DNA of 64,000 nucleotides from Candidatus Heimdallarchaeota archaeon (GTDB lineage Archaea; Asgardarchaeota; Heimdallarchaeia; JABLTI01): NCBI GenBank assembly GCA_019056785.1, contig DXJV01000084.1, positions 64,001 to 128,000 of the forward strand, read 5' to 3'. Shown piece by piece: positions 56,215 to 64,000 of this stretch (position 1 is its first letter; each line of letters starts with the position of its first letter). The notes under the pieces were generated by a model. It saw only the letters and a program-made list of their open reading frames with translations, ran no database searches and was not told where the DNA came from. The position numbers and the translations under genes were made by a program.

Positions 56215-57531
56215 TCAAGGCCGTAGAATGTCAACGGTTCGGGGGAACATAATTGCTTGTTTAATGGTATCTAATTCACAAATCCACCAGACAAGCCGCT
56301 CAATTCCCAGGCCAAAACCTGCATGAGGAGGCATCCCGTATTTAAAGAGATTTAAATACCATTCATAGCTTTTCAAACTAAAACCTTGGGCCTTTACAAC
56401 CTCAACCATTTTATCATATTCATGCACACGTTGACCGCCAGTGCATAACTCTACAAAGCCTTTCGGAGCCAAGAGGTCAAAACTATTAGAAATAGTAGGG
56501 TCATCATCATTCACCCGATAGTAGATACCTCTTGTGGAGACAGGCCAATCGGTGATGAAGAAGGGGGTTTTAAAATGGTGGGACAAGGCAGTTTCTTCTG
56601 GAGAAGTAAAGTCAGAGTTGAAATCCACAGGGTCTGGCAGGTCGAAAGTAGTGCACAATTCTTTGGCTTCTTTAAAGGCGATTCTCGGAAATTTCCCAGT
56701 TAACTTTTTAGGGTGAGCATCTAACTGTTCGAGGAGATCTTTAGCTTTCTTAATAGTCTGATTCACAACGAAAGTCGTGAGATCCTCAAGAACCTGCATG
56801 ATTGTAATGTGATCATTAAACGCAGCCTCACATTCAATTTGCCAGAATTCTGCCACGTGTTTTCTTGTTCGTGATTTCTCCATGCGGAAGGAAGGCAAAA
56901 TACCGAACACTTTCTCATGAGCAGTTATTGCTGCTTGTTTGTAAAATTGAGCACTTTGAGCAAGAAAAGCATCTTGGTCAAAGAATTTAATGGGAAACAT
57001 AGTTGCGCCCCCTTCTGTAGCAGTTGCAACAATGGAAGGGGTGAAAATCTCAGTAAAACCTCTTTTTGTGAAAAATTCTCGCGTTGCTTGAGCAACAATG
57101 CCTTTAACTTCGAAAGGCAGCTTAACTTTTGGCATTCTTATTGTTAATTCGCGAAAAGCATAAACGGTCCCTTCATCCATAGGCGTTTTACCGGAAATAT
57201 CAACGGGTACGGGTGCATGGATAGGATTAAGAACTTCAACTTTTGTGGGGAGAATTTCTTTCCCCCCCGGAGCTTGGGGATTTATTTTAAGCTCACCTAC
57301 AATCCAAACAACTGTTTCATTTTTCAAAGAAATCATAGTATTCCAAAGAGATTCAGCAACTTTGGTTTTAATGGCCGTTACTTGAATCTTTCCTGTTGAA
57401 TCCCGAACCGTTAGAAAACAAATTTTCCCTTTGTGGACCAGATGTTCAGCCCAACCGCCAATTGTTACTTGCATGCTTTCCTTAGACTGCAGAAGAGTCT
57501 TTATTGCCATTTTTTTCGAGTAATCTACCAT
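56215..57531 (-). CDS. aspS: Aspartate--tRNA ligase (class IIb, archaeal type)
   Basis: OB-fold GW......GK..F..VRD, ATEGGA..F, LAQS.QFYKQ (Asp-type), FR.EKS.T..H..EF, E...[21 protein letters not shown]. Confidence 0.85.
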   Translation of the reverse strand: MVDYSKKMAIKTLLQSKESMQVTIGGWAEHLVHKGKICFLTVRDSTGKIQVTAIKTKVAESLWNTMISLKNETVVWIVGELKINPQAPGGKEILPTKVEVLNPIHAPVPVDISGKTPMDEGTVYAFRELTIRMPKVKLPFEVKGIVAQATREFFTKRGFTEIFTPSIVATATEGGATMFPIKFFDQDAFLAQSAQFYKQAAITAHEKVFGILPSFRMEKSRTRKHVAEFWQIECEAAFNDHITIMQVLEDLTTFVVNQTIKKAKDLLEQLDAHPKKLTGKFPRIAFKEAKELCTTFDLPDPVDFNSDFTSPEETALSHHFKTPFFITDWPVSTRGIYYRVNDDDPTISNSFDLLAPKGFVELCTGGQRVHEYDKMVEVVKAQGFSLKSYEWYLNLFKYGMPPHAGFGLGIERLVWWICELDTIKQAIMFPRTVDILRP

Positions 57532-57677
57532 TTTTTTTCAGCCTTTTTTGAATTGTTAATAATTCAAGAATCCTAATTTTAAAGAGTTTTTTGTCAACAT
57601 CTAAATGTATATTCTGGTTTGTTTGAAAACTAATTCCAATTGTTTGAAAAAGTAAAAGACGAGGGCGACTAGAATGC

Positions 57678-58082
57678 TCAATGCAATTTTATTTTGCGAA
57701 GAGCTTCCGCAGCCCAGGAACGAACACGGACATCTTCATCATTTAAAGCAACATTTGTTAGTTCCTCTACTACAACAGGTGAGCCAATATTTCCCAGTGC
57801 GACAACAGCTTCTAGACGAACACTTGGTATAGGGTCCTTTTTTACTGTCTCAATAAGTGCTTTCACAGCTTCTTGACCATTTACTTGCATTTCACCTAAT
57901 GCAGCCGCAGCATGAGAACGAACTAAAAAATCTTTATCCTCATATAAGATCTTTGTTAATTCGTCTACAGCTTCCATTACTTTAAGCTCGCTTAATTGAA
58001 CAATAGCTTTTGAACGCACCTCGCCATCGCGGTTCTTTAATTTTCTCAGTATTTGATCAAGCTGTTCTTTATCAATTGACAA
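57678..58082 (-). CDS. HEAT-repeat (PBS-lyase-like) protein
   Basis: Four repeats of D....VR..A..ALG. Confidence 0.88.
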   Translation of the reverse strand: MSIDKEQLDQILRKLKNRDGEVRSKAIVQLSELKVMEAVDELTKILYEDKDFLVRSHAAAALGEMQVNGQEAVKALIETVKKDPIPSVRLEAVVALGNIGSPVVVEELTNVALNDEDVRVRSWAAEALRKIKLH

Positions 58083-58241
58083 AAAAATCCCAGCGATATA
58101 GATAGGTAAGTAATAATAATTAATCTTTCGAAAACAAAAAGGTTATTCTCCTATTTATAAACAAAAAGACTTTTGTAGAATTGTTGGAAAAGATAAAAAA
58201 AGACAAAAAGGCGACTACCTATTTGAAAGTAAGTGATACAA

Positions 58242-58748
58242 ATGAAAATTTTCACAATTATTGGCTATACAGACTCAGGCAAAACAAGCACGCTCATTAA
58301 AATGATAGAAGAACTTGTGAAAAGAGGATTTGTGGTTAATACAGTAAAGAAGGTTCATATTGAAAATTTTACTGTAGAAACAGAAGGAAAAGATTCATGG
58401 TTACACCGCCAAGCAGGAGCAACAATAACAGTCACACGCTCTAATTGTGAAACGGCTATAATGTTTCAACGGCCTCTAGCATTAAAAGAGTTAATTCCAT
58501 TCTTCTCTTGCGATTATCTTATTCTCGAAGGATTTACAAAGGAACCACAAGTCCCCAAGATTCTTTGTGCGAAAAGTGACGATGAAATTGACGATCGATT
58601 TGATAAGTCTGTTTTTGCTATCTCCGGGGTTATAAGTAATAAGTTAAGTCATTTCAAAGGAGTAGAGGTTATTAACGGACTCAAAGAAACAAAAAGATTA
58701 GTTGACCTTGCAATGGAAAAAGCGATAGATGGCAAAGAGTTACTTTAA
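58242..58748 (+). CDS. mobB: Molybdopterin-guanine dinucleotide biosynthesis protein B
   Basis: IIGY.DSGKT, V..VK..H, GKDS..H..AGA, D.LILEGF. Confidence 0.92.
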   Translation: MKIFTIIGYTDSGKTSTLIKMIEELVKRGFVVNTVKKVHIENFTVETEGKDSWLHRQAGATITVTRSNCETAIMFQRPLALKELIPFFSCDYLILEGFTKEPQVPKILCAKSDDEIDDRFDKSVFAISGVISNKLSHFKGVEVINGLKETKRLVDLAMEKAIDGKELL

Positions 58749-59570
58749 TGCACACTCTAAGAGAAAGGCAATAATTTCCTCTTTTTCAATGGCGTCTTTT
58801 TGCAACCCTTTTTTGCGGAGAAAGGTAATAAAAGACAGATAATCAGTTGGTTCTAAACCAATCTTTAAAAGATGAGTCAGATCTGCGAAAAATTCTTTCA
58901 AGGGAAGATCATAGGCTATCTGACCATTTTGAAGTGCGACGATCTTGGTGCAAGCTGTTAGTAAAAGGTCCAGAGAATGTGTTATCAGGATTATTAGTTT
59001 ATCTTGTTGCTTTAGTTTTTGTATATACTGAAGAATCATCAGCTTTTGGGACATGTCAATCCCTGAAAATGGTTCGTCCAAAATAATTGCTTTAGGATCT
59101 TGGATAAGAACAGTTGCAAGAGCGACTTTTTGTTTTTCACCACGGCTGAGGGTTCGAGGGTTGGTCAAACGATAGTTTGTTAGATCGAAAAAAGCAAGTG
59201 TTTCGTCTATTCGTTCCTTAACCTCTTGTTTACTAAGTTTGAAGTGCTGTAAGCTTAATGCCAGTTCTTTTTCGACAGAATTAGTAAATAACATAAAATT
59301 AGGGTTTTGAAACACAAACCCCACCTGCGTGGCAATTTCTGCTATGGACTTTCTGGTAATGGTTTCATTATTAATTAAAATGCGACCTCTTTGTGGTCGG
59401 AGCATTCCAGCAATTAATTTGACCAGTGTAGTCTTTCCGGAACCATTCCTTCCGATAATTGCCACTTGTTCTCCCAGAGAAAAGGCAACAGAAAGACCAT
59501 CAAAAAGTGTTTCGTTGCGTCTATAGGAAAATACAACTCTATCAACTGTAATGTAATTCATGGTAACCAC
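58740..59570 (-). CDS. ECF transporter ATPase (EcfA'-like)
   Basis: GRNGSGKTT, VGFVFQNP..MLF...V..E, LSRGEKQ, LDEP, ITH. Confidence 0.92.
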   Translation of the reverse strand: MVTMNYITVDRVVFSYRRNETLFDGLSVAFSLGEQVAIIGRNGSGKTTLVKLIAGMLRPQRGRILINNETITRKSIAEIATQVGFVFQNPNFMLFTNSVEKELALSLQHFKLSKQEVKERIDETLAFFDLTNYRLTNPRTLSRGEKQKVALATVLIQDPKAIILDEPFSGIDMSQKLMILQYIQKLKQQDKLIILITHSLDLLLTACTKIVALQNGQIAYDLPLKEFFADLTHLLKIGLEPTDYLSFITFLRKKGLQKDAIEKEEIIAFLLECALK

Positions 59571-60394
59571 TTCTGTACGATTTTTCGAGCTGACTCTAAG
59601 GAGAGTGGGAGGGGGTCATCGAGCAGTTTTTTTTCTTGGAAAATGTCAAAAAGGTCTGGAAAGATGGGTGGGATAAGACCATTCTTAATTAAAAGACGGT
59701 TATTTGTAAGGACACTGTCAGTTGCTCCGTCTATAATTATAGAACCATTATTAATTAGAATCACCCGGTCAACTATCTTTGCTAAGAAGTCTAAATCATG
59801 ATCAATTATAATCAAAGTCCTTTGTTGTTTTTTCAGAGCAGTTAGAATTTTGACAAGATCATTCTTACTTGTGGAATCAACCATACTTGAACTTTCATCT
59901 AAAACAAGAATAGAGGGATCCATTGCTAAAATTGATGCTAAAACAACCTTTTGTTTCTCGCCTTCACTTAAATCTGCAGTTGCCCGATAGCGCAAATGCT
60001 CGAGCCCTAACTCGGCGATTATTTCATTCAAACGTTTATCCATTTTATCAACAGGAACGGCAAAATTCTCCATGCCGAAAGTTATTTCAGACTCAACAAA
60101 GGGAGAAGCAATTTGCAAGCTGGGTTCTTGAAGCATATAACCAACAATTTGGCTCATGCTTTCAATCGTCTCTTTCATAACATTTCGTTCTGAGACAAGG
60201 ACTTCCCCTTGGAATTTGCCCGAAAAATGATGGGGGATTAAGCCATTAAATAAATAACAAAGAGTACTCTTCCCTGAACCAGTGGGGCCGATAATCCCTA
60301 CACTCTCACCGCGAGCAATCTCAAGTGAAAGATTTTGCAAAACACGCCTATTAGAACCGGCATAAGTGAAGGAAACATTTCGAAGTTCAATCAT
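59558..60394 (-). CDS. ECF transporter ATPase (EcfA-like)
   Basis: GPTGSGKSTL, NGLIPH, Q.P..QI....V..E..FG.EN, LSEGEKQ, LDE, DH. Confidence 0.92.
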   Translation of the reverse strand: MIELRNVSFTYAGSNRRVLQNLSLEIARGESVGIIGPTGSGKSTLCYLFNGLIPHHFSGKFQGEVLVSERNVMKETIESMSQIVGYMLQEPSLQIASPFVESEITFGMENFAVPVDKMDKRLNEIIAELGLEHLRYRATADLSEGEKQKVVLASILAMDPSILVLDESSSMVDSTSKNDLVKILTALKKQQRTLIIIDHDLDFLAKIVDRVILINNGSIIIDGATDSVLTNNRLLIKNGLIPPIFPDLFDIFQEKKLLDDPLPLSLESARKIVQKWLP

Positions 60395-60452
60395 TCTATA
60401 CCCCTTACAGATAAAAGAATAAAAAAGAAGAGGATAGGTTTGATTTTCTTCC

Positions 60453-61634
60453 TTATGCCTTTGCTTTTAATTGAACACAAATTTTCTCGGCTAGAACAGT
60501 ATATACTTTAAAAGCGGTGACAAGCTGGCTGATGGGCACATGTTCATTAACGGTATTTGCAAATTTCTCATTTCCGGGGCCGAAACCAACAATGGGCGTA
60601 TCCACTTTGAAGATTTCTGAAATATTTACTGCCCCTTTCCAAAAACCAATTTGCGTGCTTTTCTTGGTTACGAGTTCGAAAGCTTTAGAGAGATGCTGAA
60701 TTATCTCGGAATCGTCTGGTGCTTTAAAGGGGCGGAAATGTCGTCTCAGATTTATTAAAAAGTCAACCCCTTCTTTAAAGTTGTTTTTCGACAAAGTAGT
60801 TTTAATAGCCGATTTTATTTGTTCAGGGTCTTCGTTTTCAAAGTATTGTCGAACTAATAGCGAATGGCAAAGGTCTGGTATTGAGTGAGTAGCGTCAACC
60901 GGATTGGAAATGATAGAGCTAAAGAACATTTGAGCTTGACCATAGAGCTTGTCCTTTGGCAAATTAATATTTTCATTCAAACAACTAATGATACGATTCA
61001 TTTTCAAGATGGCATTCTCACTTACCTCCTGATAGCCAATGTTGCCCATCTTGCCCTTCGCCAAAACTTCAAAGATTGCCTGTCCAGGGTGAGAGACATT
61101 GATATTGAGGTTGGTGGGGGCGCCAACCACTATATAATCAGGAGCCAACTCAAATTTGTCGATGAGCTTTTTAATGCCCAAATTTTTGCCGCTTTTGGTA
61201 TTCGCCAAACCAACAACAATAAAGTCTCCTTTCAATCTCGAACGTGTTCGTTTAAAAGCACTTGCCACACAAATCATCGCCGCTAACGAACTTTTCATAT
61301 CAACAGCACCACGACCCGTGATGACTTTCCCCTTTGTACCAAGTTTTGAGCCATCGATTTCTTTGGGGTTAAAAGCATCTTCCATTGTTCCTGGCGGAAC
61401 AGTATCTATATAACTAGCTAAAAGCAAGGTTTTTCCTGTTCCCTGACCCGGCATTTTGCCAACAATATTATTATTCTCATCATACTTTACTTCGGTGAAA
61501 CCTGCTTTTGTCATCTCAATTGCTAAGAGGGTTCTTAGTTTGTTCTCATTCCCACTAACACTCGGCGTCTTGATCAAGCGTTTGGTCAAATCAATAACAA
61601 GCTGCTCATCAACAAATTCCAATGCTTTTGACAT
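60453..61634 (-). CDS. M20/ArgE-DapE-family metallohydrolase homolog with degenerate metal ligands
   Basis: LI..PS.SG.E, GRGAVDMKS, IPD.C, FGPG. Start placed at MSKALE; the longer ORF overlaps alaX. Confidence 0.85.
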   Translation of the reverse strand: MSKALEFVDEQLVIDLTKRLIKTPSVSGNENKLRTLLAIEMTKAGFTEVKYDENNNIVGKMPGQGTGKTLLLASYIDTVPPGTMEDAFNPKEIDGSKLGTKGKVITGRGAVDMKSSLAAMICVASAFKRTRSRLKGDFIVVGLANTKSGKNLGIKKLIDKFELAPDYIVVGAPTNLNINVSHPGQAIFEVLAKGKMGNIGYQEVSENAILKMNRIISCLNENINLPKDKLYGQAQMFFSSIISNPVDATHSIPDLCHSLLVRQYFENEDPEQIKSAIKTTLSKNNFKEGVDFLINLRRHFRPFKAPDDSEIIQHLSKAFELVTKKSTQIGFWKGAVNISEIFKVDTPIVGFGPGNEKFANTVNEHVPISQLVTAFKVYTVLAEKICVQLKAKA

Positions 61635-61761
61635 CGCATAATTTCTCCATGTTTTTTGGTGAACTAAAAATACCCACTCGAAGGTAGTTACAGTTAAAAT
61701 AATTGCTTTTATTATATATATTCTTTTGAGGAATAAATTTTTCCCAATAGGGGAAGGGGGC

Positions 61762-62499
61762 TTACTCTTCTGCCAAAGCAAGTGTGATGCGTTCTTTTCC
61801 TTTTCCCATGCTTCGCCGTTTGACAACTACAATACGACCGATTTCTGAGGTATTAGCGACATGTGTTCCTGCACAAGAAGCATGATCATAATCACCAACA
61901 GAGATAATCCTAAAAGTCTTTACAGACTTAGGAACCATATTAATATAATCCGTTTGATAGCCTTTTTCTTTCAAAAAAGCAATGGCATCTTCTCGGGGCA
62001 TGAATGAAATTTTCACCGGCAAATTTTGAGCGATGATTTCATTAACGCCAGCTTCGATGGTTTTTAATTGTTCCTGAGTTAAGGCGTTTTCAAGGTGAAA
62101 ATCAGCCCGGCCATTTCTTGTTGAAATATTATTTCCAACCACTTCGGAATTAAAATGTTCTTTCATATAGGTACTTAAAACATGGATTGCCGTATGAAAA
62201 CGCATGTGTGTAAATCTTCGATCCCAATCGATTTCTCCCTGCACTTCTTCACCCACCGGCGGCAATTGTTCCTTTTCAACAACAAAATGACGGACTTCTC
62301 CTTCTTCTCGTTTGACTTTCCAAACAGTTAATACAACATTTCCCCAAGTTATCTTTCCTTGGTCAGTTTCTTGACCCCCTCCTTCTGGATAGAAGGCAGT
62401 TTTATCTAAAACAAGATAATCGTCTCCTTTTGCAATCACCTTTGCAGTAAAGGTGCGTATGTAGTTGTCATTCATGTAGAGTAGCTCAGTTTTTGCCAA
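61762..62499 (-). CDS. alaX: Alanyl-tRNA editing protein AlaX-M
   Basis: LD.TAFYPEGGGQ..D.G, IDW.RR..HMR.HTA.H, CAGTHV.NT.EIG. Confidence 0.95.
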   Translation of the reverse strand: MAKTELLYMNDNYIRTFTAKVIAKGDDYLVLDKTAFYPEGGGQETDQGKITWGNVVLTVWKVKREEGEVRHFVVEKEQLPPVGEEVQGEIDWDRRFTHMRFHTAIHVLSTYMKEHFNSEVVGNNISTRNGRADFHLENALTQEQLKTIEAGVNEIIAQNLPVKISFMPREDAIAFLKEKGYQTDYINMVPKSVKTFRIISVGDYDHASCAGTHVANTSEIGRIVVVKRRSMGKGKERITLALAEE

Positions 62500-62602
62500 T
62501 TGAACACCTTCTTGATCTAATTCTCCTTCAGTTGGAAAGGATGGGATGGTTTTTGGTTAAAACCATTTGAATTTACGATAAATGAATTGTTTCTTTCAAC
62601 CT

Positions 62603-63922
62603 TTAGGTTTTTTCAAACATTTCATTAAATTCCCAATCTGTTACTTCTGTTGTTTTGGGGTCCTTGACATTCTTCGTGTAAGCGTCCCATTCAGCTTTTT
62701 TCATTGCATTGTAAATGGAAATGAATTGTTCACCAAGGAAGCCACAGAGGTATTTATCAGCATTAAGAGCTGCGAGGGCATCTTGCAAAGTCGAAGGCGT
62801 TTGCTTTATACCCAGTTCCTTTCGCTTTTCGTTAGTAAGATGGTCAACATTTAAAGAAATGCTTTCAATAGGTTCCAACTTATTTTTTACACCATCCAAG
62901 CCTGCAGCAAGCAAAAGAGCAATAACAAGATAAATATTAGCTGAACTGTCAGCACCACGATATTCGATTCTGGCGGACTTTTCATAGGCGGGTACGCGGA
63001 TAAGAGCTGTTCGATTGGCAATTCCCCATGAAATGTAAACAGGAGCTTCATGCCCCGGAACAAGGCGTTTATAGGAATTAACTGTTGGATTCAAAATCGC
63101 TGTCAGACCTTGGGCGTGTTTTAAGAGACCAGCAACAAAATGCTTTAAGGTTGTTGATGGCTCCCCGTCTTCAGCACTGAAGAGGTTCTTCTTGCCTTTA
63201 AAGAGCATATGATGAACATGCATGCCACTTCCTGCTTCAGTAGTATAGGGCTTGGGCATGAAACTTGCTATTAAGCCATTCATCCAGGCAACCATCCGAA
63301 TTATTTGTTTGACAGTTTGAACCATATCTGCCGCAAAGAGAGCGTCAGTCATTATAAATTCGATTTCCATCTGTCCGGGTCCAACTTCATGATGGAGTAT
63401 TTTAGGGTAAATACTATAATTCATCATATAATCTACCATGGCACGCCGCATTTCAATTTCAGAGTCAAGGGGTGGGGCGTCCATATAACCAGCAATATCT
63501 ACAGGCTCACCATCAGGAGTCATATTATACCATTCAATTTCCGGTCGAACTTTAAAGGAAAAACCGAAATCAACTTTGGCCATATTTAATGCGCGTTTTA
63601 AAATGCTTCGGGGATCGCTAGGAAAAGGAGTGCCATTTGTTGTTTGAATGTCACAAATCACACGGGCAATCCGATCATTCCAAGGAACAAGATGAAGAGT
63701 TGAAAGATCAGGAATGATTTTCATATCACTTTGCTCGGTCAACATAAATCCAACGGATGAACCGTCTATTCCTAATCCTTCTTCGAGATACTTCTCTGCA
63801 TATTTCTGGGGCACCTCAACAGCTTTTAATTGTCCTTGGATATTAGTGAATTGAAACTGAAGATAATCGATATTTGAAAGTATTTTAGCAAGGTTTTCAT
63901 CCAATCTTGAAGTCAACTCCAT
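62603..63922 (-). CDS. glnA: Glutamine synthetase type I
   Basis: DGSS, SDM, DPR, HHEVGPGQ.EI, FMPKP, GSGMH.H, NSYKRLVPG.EAP, NR...IR.P, RIEYR. Confidence 0.93.
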   Translation of the reverse strand: MELTSRLDENLAKILSNIDYLQFQFTNIQGQLKAVEVPQKYAEKYLEEGLGIDGSSVGFMLTEQSDMKIIPDLSTLHLVPWNDRIARVICDIQTTNGTPFPSDPRSILKRALNMAKVDFGFSFKVRPEIEWYNMTPDGEPVDIAGYMDAPPLDSEIEMRRAMVDYMMNYSIYPKILHHEVGPGQMEIEFIMTDALFAADMVQTVKQIIRMVAWMNGLIASFMPKPYTTEAGSGMHVHHMLFKGKKNLFSAEDGEPSTTLKHFVAGLLKHAQGLTAILNPTVNSYKRLVPGHEAPVYISWGIANRTALIRVPAYEKSARIEYRGADSSANIYLVIALLLAAGLDGVKNKLEPIESISLNVDHLTNEKRKELGIKQTPSTLQDALAALNADKYLCGFLGEQFISIYNAMKKAEWDAYTKNVKDPKTTEVTDWEFNEMFEKT

Positions 63923-64000
63923 TGATAAATAACTAATCGTAGGGCATAAAAGCTCCTTTGTTTAGAAATTAAAAGTTTTTATTGTACTTCTAAATAAGAA

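Noticed and set aside
58740-60394. ECF ATPase pair without EcfT or an S-component as a novel transporter
   Set aside because: Unlinked ECF components are common; the partners are probably elsewhere in the genome.
61635-61826. N-terminal extensions given by the ORF track for the M20 gene (and likewise ndk, infB, rpo5 and the GIFT gene)
   Set aside because: They overlap neighbouring genes or promoter-like AT-rich DNA and precede the family-typical start; downstream starts were chosen.
231-63589. Numerous 60-240 aa ORFs antisense or out of frame within recognised genes (e.g. 15259-15972, 32794-33195, 49223-49723, 52925-53437)
   Set aside because: Shadow ORFs of well-supported genes, with no motifs of their own.
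1-64000. rRNA, tRNA, CRISPR arrays, transposases, integrases, prophage genes
   Set aside because: No cloverleaf/T-loop signature, regularly spaced repeats or mobile-element proteins were seen by eye; an intron-split tRNA could have been missed.

Overview
This 64-kb window is gene-dense, AT-rich archaeal chromosome with many TTG/GTG starts. I found no rRNA, tRNA, CRISPR array or mobile element. Archaeal core genes include ATP-dependent DNA ligase, rpo5, pus10, archaeal tpiA, uS19, uS2, aIF5B, ndk, top6A/top6B, aspS, alaX and glnA. Mixed among them are many eukaryote-like proteins, which suggests an Asgard archaeon, plausibly Heimdallarchaeia (inference). All family comparisons are motif recognition from memory, not computed alignments. 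Main candidates for something new: (1) an unannotated ~300-aa protein (31594-32502) that resembles the kinetochore protein CENP-N/Chl4 along its whole length; (2) directly downstream, a coiled-coil/poly-Pro/WH2-like/FAB-like protein (32642-33457) laid out like an Ena/VASP or WAVE/WASH-type actin regulator; (3) a topoisomerase VI B subunit with a ~560-aa tail of about seven (HhH)2 modules; (4) a two-gene unit for the Thermoplasma-type mevalonate route (mevalonate 3-kinase plus mevalonate-3-phosphate 5-kinase); (5) a ~340-nt structured, apparently free-standing ncRNA candidate at 9415-9755. Also present: an IFT52-like GIFT protein, a two-domain RPB5-like Rpo5, a short SMC-like ATPase with a PIP box, longin/DENN-like proteins, a eukaryote-type presenilin, an SWS1/ZSWIM7-like protein, and a ParM-like actin next to a MoxR-VWA operon.
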